A stretch of 64,000 nt of DNA from Pocillopora damicornis. Lineage: Eukaryota. The notes beneath the pieces were generated by a model. It was given only the letters and a program-made list of their open reading frames with translations. It was not told the DNA's origin and made no database searches. The translations under genes were made by a program, and so were the position numbers. The stretch is taken from NCBI RefSeq assembly GCF_003704095.1, contig NW_020845843.1, positions 1-64,000 of the forward strand. The letters are read 5' to 3'. Below, in pieces: positions 58,185 to 64,000 of the stretch; the first letter of the stretch is position 1, and every line of letters begins with the position of its first letter.

Positions 58185-61100
58185 ATGTCATCTGTGAGAC
58201 AAGCAAAATACGGTAAGTATAAATATGCAAATTAAGTGCCTTCTGTATGTTTTTCTTGATATCATTGTAAACAATTTTAATACATGAAACGTAAAATGCA
58301 TTAATCAAGCAAACGAACAATTGTAAAGAAAAGAAAAACAATTTTTACGTGTTTATTATCCGGTCTAGAAAAATTTGCCATTTCAACTAAAGATTTCATG
58401 TCAGAACATCTTTGCGTTGAAAAACTAATTCTGAAGCCACCGGGAATTTTTTTTCTGGGGCTTTTTGAAGCCCTAGAAAGTTTTGAATCGGTTTCCCAAA
58501 ATGGCAAATACTTCAAGATGTTAGAGATTTTTTAGATGGTTTTCAAATCGACCATGTTGACGAGAAGATAGGGTCAGTTAATTTTGATTTAACACTGCTT
58601 TCGAAGACTTAGAAGGGAAGCGACCTATTCGTTACCGTTGTAACCCTTAGCCCTCATTTTTTACTCAAAATGATGCATATTTTCTTATAGCCTAAATGCT
58701 TCTTGCGCAACTTATGGGCGAACCCGAATCCTTCTCCTCTCCGTTGGTCTAAGAATGAGTCTTAAATTGACCACTCAAGTGCTATTGTACTCCTTCCCCT
58801 TCTTCGGCGTTTACTAATTTTAGTCCTTTGACTTTCTATTGTGTAGGCTTTGAGCTGGACACATCAACATCTGGAACAGCTGCTGTCCAAGGACCGGCTT
58901 CAGTTAGCTCGTTTCTCAGCGGGGGTTCTTTTAGTGACTTCCAACTACCCGGGCCAAGCAGCAGGGGTCTAAAGACAAACATCTACTCCGGGTATCTTTC
59001 ATAAAATTTTCACTCTATACTAGAGACAAACTTTTCCGTTGTCTGATAAGCCCTTGATAATTTGTGTCACGTTGACTACTGAATGAAAGTAATCTTTTAA
59101 TTAGGTTCAACCCAGAACCCTTTCAAACGACCTCACAGAAGAAACAAAGACTGCATCGGTTTAAATTGAGTTAGACCTTTGCAGTTGAACAACAAAATTT
59201 TGGAAGCAGGTTCACGGAACTCTATGGTTCAACTGAATTTATTTAAAAATTAAAACTTAGAAAGCATCTCGTTAATTTACCGATATTGATGTGGTATGTA
59301 ATCTGGATGCAAACTATGTGATAAAAGTAATTATCTCAAACAGTTCCAGCAAAACAGAGACCCCAGGTAGTTCATTAACAACACCTGCCCCTGGACCTAG
59401 GCTCATGGCCTCGAGCAGTACCTCCCGCAGGACACCCAGCTCACGTCGAACCCCACACATCTCAAGCACAACCCCAGGAATGCCAACTTCTTCTGTTGTG
59501 GTTGGTAGGTTGATCAGCGTATGCTTATGTCATCCACTATTGCGACATTTTGAGTAGTAATTACCTTCGACGAGAAACTAACGTCGAGAAATTGCACATA
59601 AAGGTCTCCGAGGCAGCATGGTTAAGAAGTCAAGTCCTCCGCCTTGCTACCCACCAGATTTACCCGAGTTCAACCCACTGACTGCGTTCCATGAAAAGAG
59701 CCATCTGTCTGCCTTCTGCCAGTTTGGATTCTTAACTAGTTTATATTTATTTAGAATACTTCCTTCATTAACATTGACCCACCCCCTTGAAAGAGAAAGT
59801 TAAATTTGCGCCAGACAAGTTCCTATATCATCATCATCATTGTCATTATCGTTGTTTCTTCGTTGATTTAGGTTTTTTATTGATCGTCGATTTTAATTTT
59901 CAACGGGATTCTTCTTCCTCGAACAATTTTCCCTCGCCGGTCAGATCGCCAAATCAAATGCCTCTCAGTGATAAACGAGAGCCATGGAAATTGCAGCTTA
60001 CATAGACACAATGGCGTATGTAGTTTGCAATTGTGAATTGTTATTTTTCTTAAAGCAATCGTTGAAGGACGTGGCCTTGCAAAAGGAGAAATTGGGATGG
60101 CTAGCATCGACCTGAAGAAACCAGAACTGAACTTGTCACAGGTCAGCTATCATCATACCGTATGTTAGCCCTATGTAGGCTCACACAGAATTAAATAATT
60201 TTGTTATTTCCTGTTTTTTTCCTGATAATTGCACGAAAGATGATATTTCTAACAATAACTAGTGTTATTTGTTAAGTTCTCAGATAACCAGACTTACGTC
60301 AAGGTTTTAACAAAGCTACAGATTTTGGAGCCTTTGGAGGTAAGTTGGTAACCGATGTGTATCATGTTATGAACAATACGTAACAACAAATTTGTTACAA
60401 ATGTGGTCGGGTCCCTAATTGCGTTCCAAATGATCTGTCAGTTAAGAACTGAAAATCGACAACAAGTTTAGAATACGCAAAGTTTTTATTTCGTTTCCTC
60501 ACACGACTGTGTGTTAATAAAAAAACACAACAGATAGATGCGAAGACGCCTGGTTGGAATGCTTTTTCCAATCACCTTTCTTTCATGCATGATATAGATG
60601 TAGTGGTCAGCGAGAAATTAATTACTGATGAAACAGTCCGTGTTTCATATTAAACTCTCCAATTTTTTTAGTTTTTTTTTTCTTGTTTTGTCTTTGTTCT
60701 TTTGTTTGGTTATGCTTCGTTTTCCTTCTTTTACCAGATTATCATGCCTAATACAGCGTGTGAAAACCCTTCTCCGCTATTCAAGTTTCTAAGTGACCAG
60801 ATACCTTACGCAAACTTATCATCTGTCCAGCGGAAATACTTCAACGAGGCGAAAGGTAACACATTTTACATTTTGGGGCAGTAAAAAGCAAGTTTAAAGA
60901 AATCTAGCCAAAAATAACGAAAACATCTTTCACTGCTGTCAATAATCCTTTCAATCCCTTTCTAGAGAGGATGAGGTCTCTTGCTCCTTGTCATTTCTTG
61001 AGCAGTCATTCGGTTTTTGTTTCAGGCTTAGATTACGTGAAACAACTCTGCGTTCCAGAGTTAAACACTGTTGAAATGGAGGTAGCCTCGAAGTAAGTTG

Positions 61101-63755
61101 AAATGACAACAGATTTATACAGTAGATGGTCGTCAGTGTGACATTCGATGAAATTCGTGTCACTTGTAGAAAACAATCAAATTTACGGGTTATTTACTGT
61201 TTATTGGTAATTTTTTCACGTCAAATCGGCAGTGAGGAATACGCAAACAATCCGTTTACAGATTCTATTTTTCCGCACGCGGAAGGTCTTCGAGAAGCCA
61301 AGCACGCAAGTTGGTGTTTAAAGTAAAGTTCTGATTCGGAAGTTGTCTTCACATTCAGATTAATAAGTCTATTATTTTGTTTTTTTTTCATAGGTACTAT
61401 TGCCTTGCGACGGCTGCCGTAAGTTTTATAAATGATTGTTACTATTTATTAGAAAACTATATCTAAGTTTCTCCGAGGCGAGTTTTGCATTTTGGCTTTA
61501 TGTCTTTTCTTTACAAATCTTGGAGGAAATAACCTTTACTTTGAACTGACAGGCTTTGCTCAAGTACGTGGAATTTATTCAGAACATTGTTTATGCTCCT
61601 GGATCTATTAAAGTAGTGTTCAAAGGGAGTGAGAAGACAGCGATTGTAGGTAAGAGCATATCTTCTACCATGCTTAGAGTAGAGTTGTTTGAGTGACAAG
61701 CTGTAAAACGAAATTAGACCAAGCACTCTCTTGAAAATTGTGATTCACTTCATCCCTCCCTCTCTTGTCACTAGCTTCTATTGGACTGGAGCCTTGAACA
61801 ATTTCGAGCTCACTGTCATCTGATTCGGCCTTTCAAAGATATTACCTCCATATTAACCTAAGCGTTGCGTAATTTTTCAGATTCCTCAACTATAAAGAAC
61901 TTAGAACTAATTCAGAATGCCAGGGATCCTGAGAGTGGTCACTGTCTTTGTGGAATTCTGAACCACACGAAGACAGCTGGAGGAGGTACAAGGAGACGTA
62001 TTCCTTTTTTGTACAGTGCTAATTTCTAAACTGATTGAGATTGTGTTACCTCTATGGATTGGTTGACGTGTCCCCGTCTCACTTTCTCCTTATGCTTTGT
62101 TATCTTGCAGCCCGCCTTTTAAGATCAAATATTCTTCAACCCCCTTGTGGTGAGTAACAACAATTTATTCCTCTTTAAATGCACTTTCAAGAGCTTATTT
62201 CTCAGGTAGATTTTTACGTTTTCAAGATGAAGAATGTGAAACCATGAGTGGGGAACTATTGGCAGCTTTGTGTCGCTCCTTCTAATGTATGATAAGACAT
62301 TCTTTGGTTCTAGTGATTAATCATGGTCATACTTTTGCACTCAAAGAGTTTAGAAGACTGCACAGTAAGTCAGATATTATGTTCAGTGAAGTAGATTGTT
62401 ACTACAAAACAGCATGCGCCCAAACACTTAGTTAGAAGATTATGCTTATCAGAGAACTCGCCCGTGTTTCGTTTTTAAACAGATGCAGAGACAACAAATG
62501 TACGTTTAGATTGCATAGGAGGTAAGTGGCCGTGTGTATCAACTGGGAGCGACTTTCAATCCTGAGTGAAACAAATCAGCTGATAATTCAAAGTTCACGG
62601 TTTTTGTTAAGTGAGTACACACGTGTTATGCTAGGAAACAACTTTCTCTCTTTTCCCGACAGAGTTAACAAACAAAGAGGTTAGTATCTTTTGGTTTGGA
62701 ATCGCTGTCTTTACTGCGAGTCATTTTTCATACATGTCATTGGTTTTGCGGCCTATACATGTGTCTTTCAACCTCCTCATCTTTTTGCACCTCTACTTAC
62801 TCACTCAGGAGCTCTTCTACGGATTACAGTCTGGTGAGTTTAGGATCGAGTGTAACACACAGCTGACTTAGTAAGTTTAATGACCGACCGATCGACTGAG
62901 TGACAAATTGATTAACTGTCTGACGGACTTGCTACTGCGCTGTCTACACACATGTCGTTGGTAGCCGTGTAGTGTTTTAGTGCTCTTACATCGTAGCCTA
63001 TTCTTTCCTTGGGAAAGAAAAACAAAATGACTAACTCATACATACCTGAGGCAGTTTTCCCAAGTTTATGCGCGCACGTGCGATTTTTTGACGCGCACGA
63101 CTTTTTTTATTCGCAATTGCATGCCATCTTTGGCCCGTTTTATTCGCGTTTTTCGGTTAACGTATGCGCGAGCGGTGCTGTATGCAGGATACCTGTGTGT
63201 TCACCCGATAAGCTTGCCTATTAATCATTTCTTTTTTTTCTTCAAAAGATGGCAAACTGAACTATTTGCCTTCCTTTTTTTCATTCGACAGTGATAGGCC
63301 GGTTCTTAGATATTGACCACCTAACCTCTATGTGTGTTCAGCTTCCCAAGCAAGAAACAGTGAAAACAGCTGAATCCAAAATCACAACAGTTATATACCT
63401 GAAGCACACCCTGGAGCTTGTCGAGCCTTTAAGAACGGCTCTACAGGATACCGAGGCGGACCTTTTCAAAGCTTATTATGAGGTACAGTTTTAGAGACAT
63501 GACTAACATGCTGGTCAAAGTCGTCGAGCTAAAAAACGTCAGCTAAGCTTAGGACGTTTGCTCAGACAATTGCCTTTTAAAAAGAGTGAATTTGAAATAT
63601 TCTTTCATCGGCTAGTTTTTTTTTGTGTCACACAGTCACTCAATGATAGCAGATTTGCAACCATCATGGAGAAGATTCAGACTGTCATACATGATGACAC
63701 TCGGTATCAGAAAGGAACTCTCAACATGAGGACTCAGAAATGCTTTGCTGTTAAG
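58185..63755 (+). CDS. MSH4: MutS homolog 4 (meiotic crossover factor), 3'-partial (continues beyond window)
   Basis: [117 protein letters not shown]. The N-terminal exons (58185-58212, 58847-58991, ~59105-59158, 59344-59504) are less certain. Confidence 0.95.
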
Positions 63756-64000
63756 GTACAAGCATGGACTAATACACCTCAACAGGGGCTCAAGCTAAGA
63801 TACTGATTTTGAAATCAGGAAATGCTTTAAAAGTTATTTTCAGATCACTTCAGTTTTCTGTGAGCGATCTTAAGATTTTAGCGCGATAAGGCCAGAATGG
63901 AGGGTTTCGTCTCCCACATTGATCTTCTCTGGGTACGAATTCAATCACAATTCTAATCTTCCTTATTTTAATGGAATAATGGAATCGTTTCCTACAATAG

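Overview
Intron-rich, AT-rich animal genomic DNA with two 100-N scaffold gaps. The repeat content and TSP1 exon style suggest a stony coral or related cnidarian (inference). Exon models were built by hand from GT-AG boundaries and phase compatibility. In order: (1) the 3' part of an RS-rich SCAF11/SCAF1/PHRF1-family gene (+); (2) a tandem paralog, PHRF1 (RING+PHD+C-terminal CTD-binding domain, +); (3) a complete 20-exon M13 (ECE/neprilysin-like) metallopeptidase (-); (4) upstream of it, a LINE fragment, an array of four thrombospondin type-1 (TSP1) exons (two intact, two dead) and a diverged second copy of the peptidase's first cytoplasmic/TM exon; (5) a pogo/Tc2-like non-autonomous transposon; (6) an orphan secreted Ser/Thr-rich protein with multibasic sites (+); (7) COMMD9 (-) head-to-head with IDI1 (+); (8) an uncharacterised 7-exon gene (-) head-to-head with RUVBL2 (+); (9) MSH4 (+, runs off the window). 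The best novel candidate is a two-promoter M13 peptidase locus in which phase-1 TSP1 cassette exons could be spliced into the stalk (TM-TSP1n-M13). A circularly permuted, 5'-inverted tRNA-derived retroelement with a 13-bp target-site duplication in COMMD9 is also notable.
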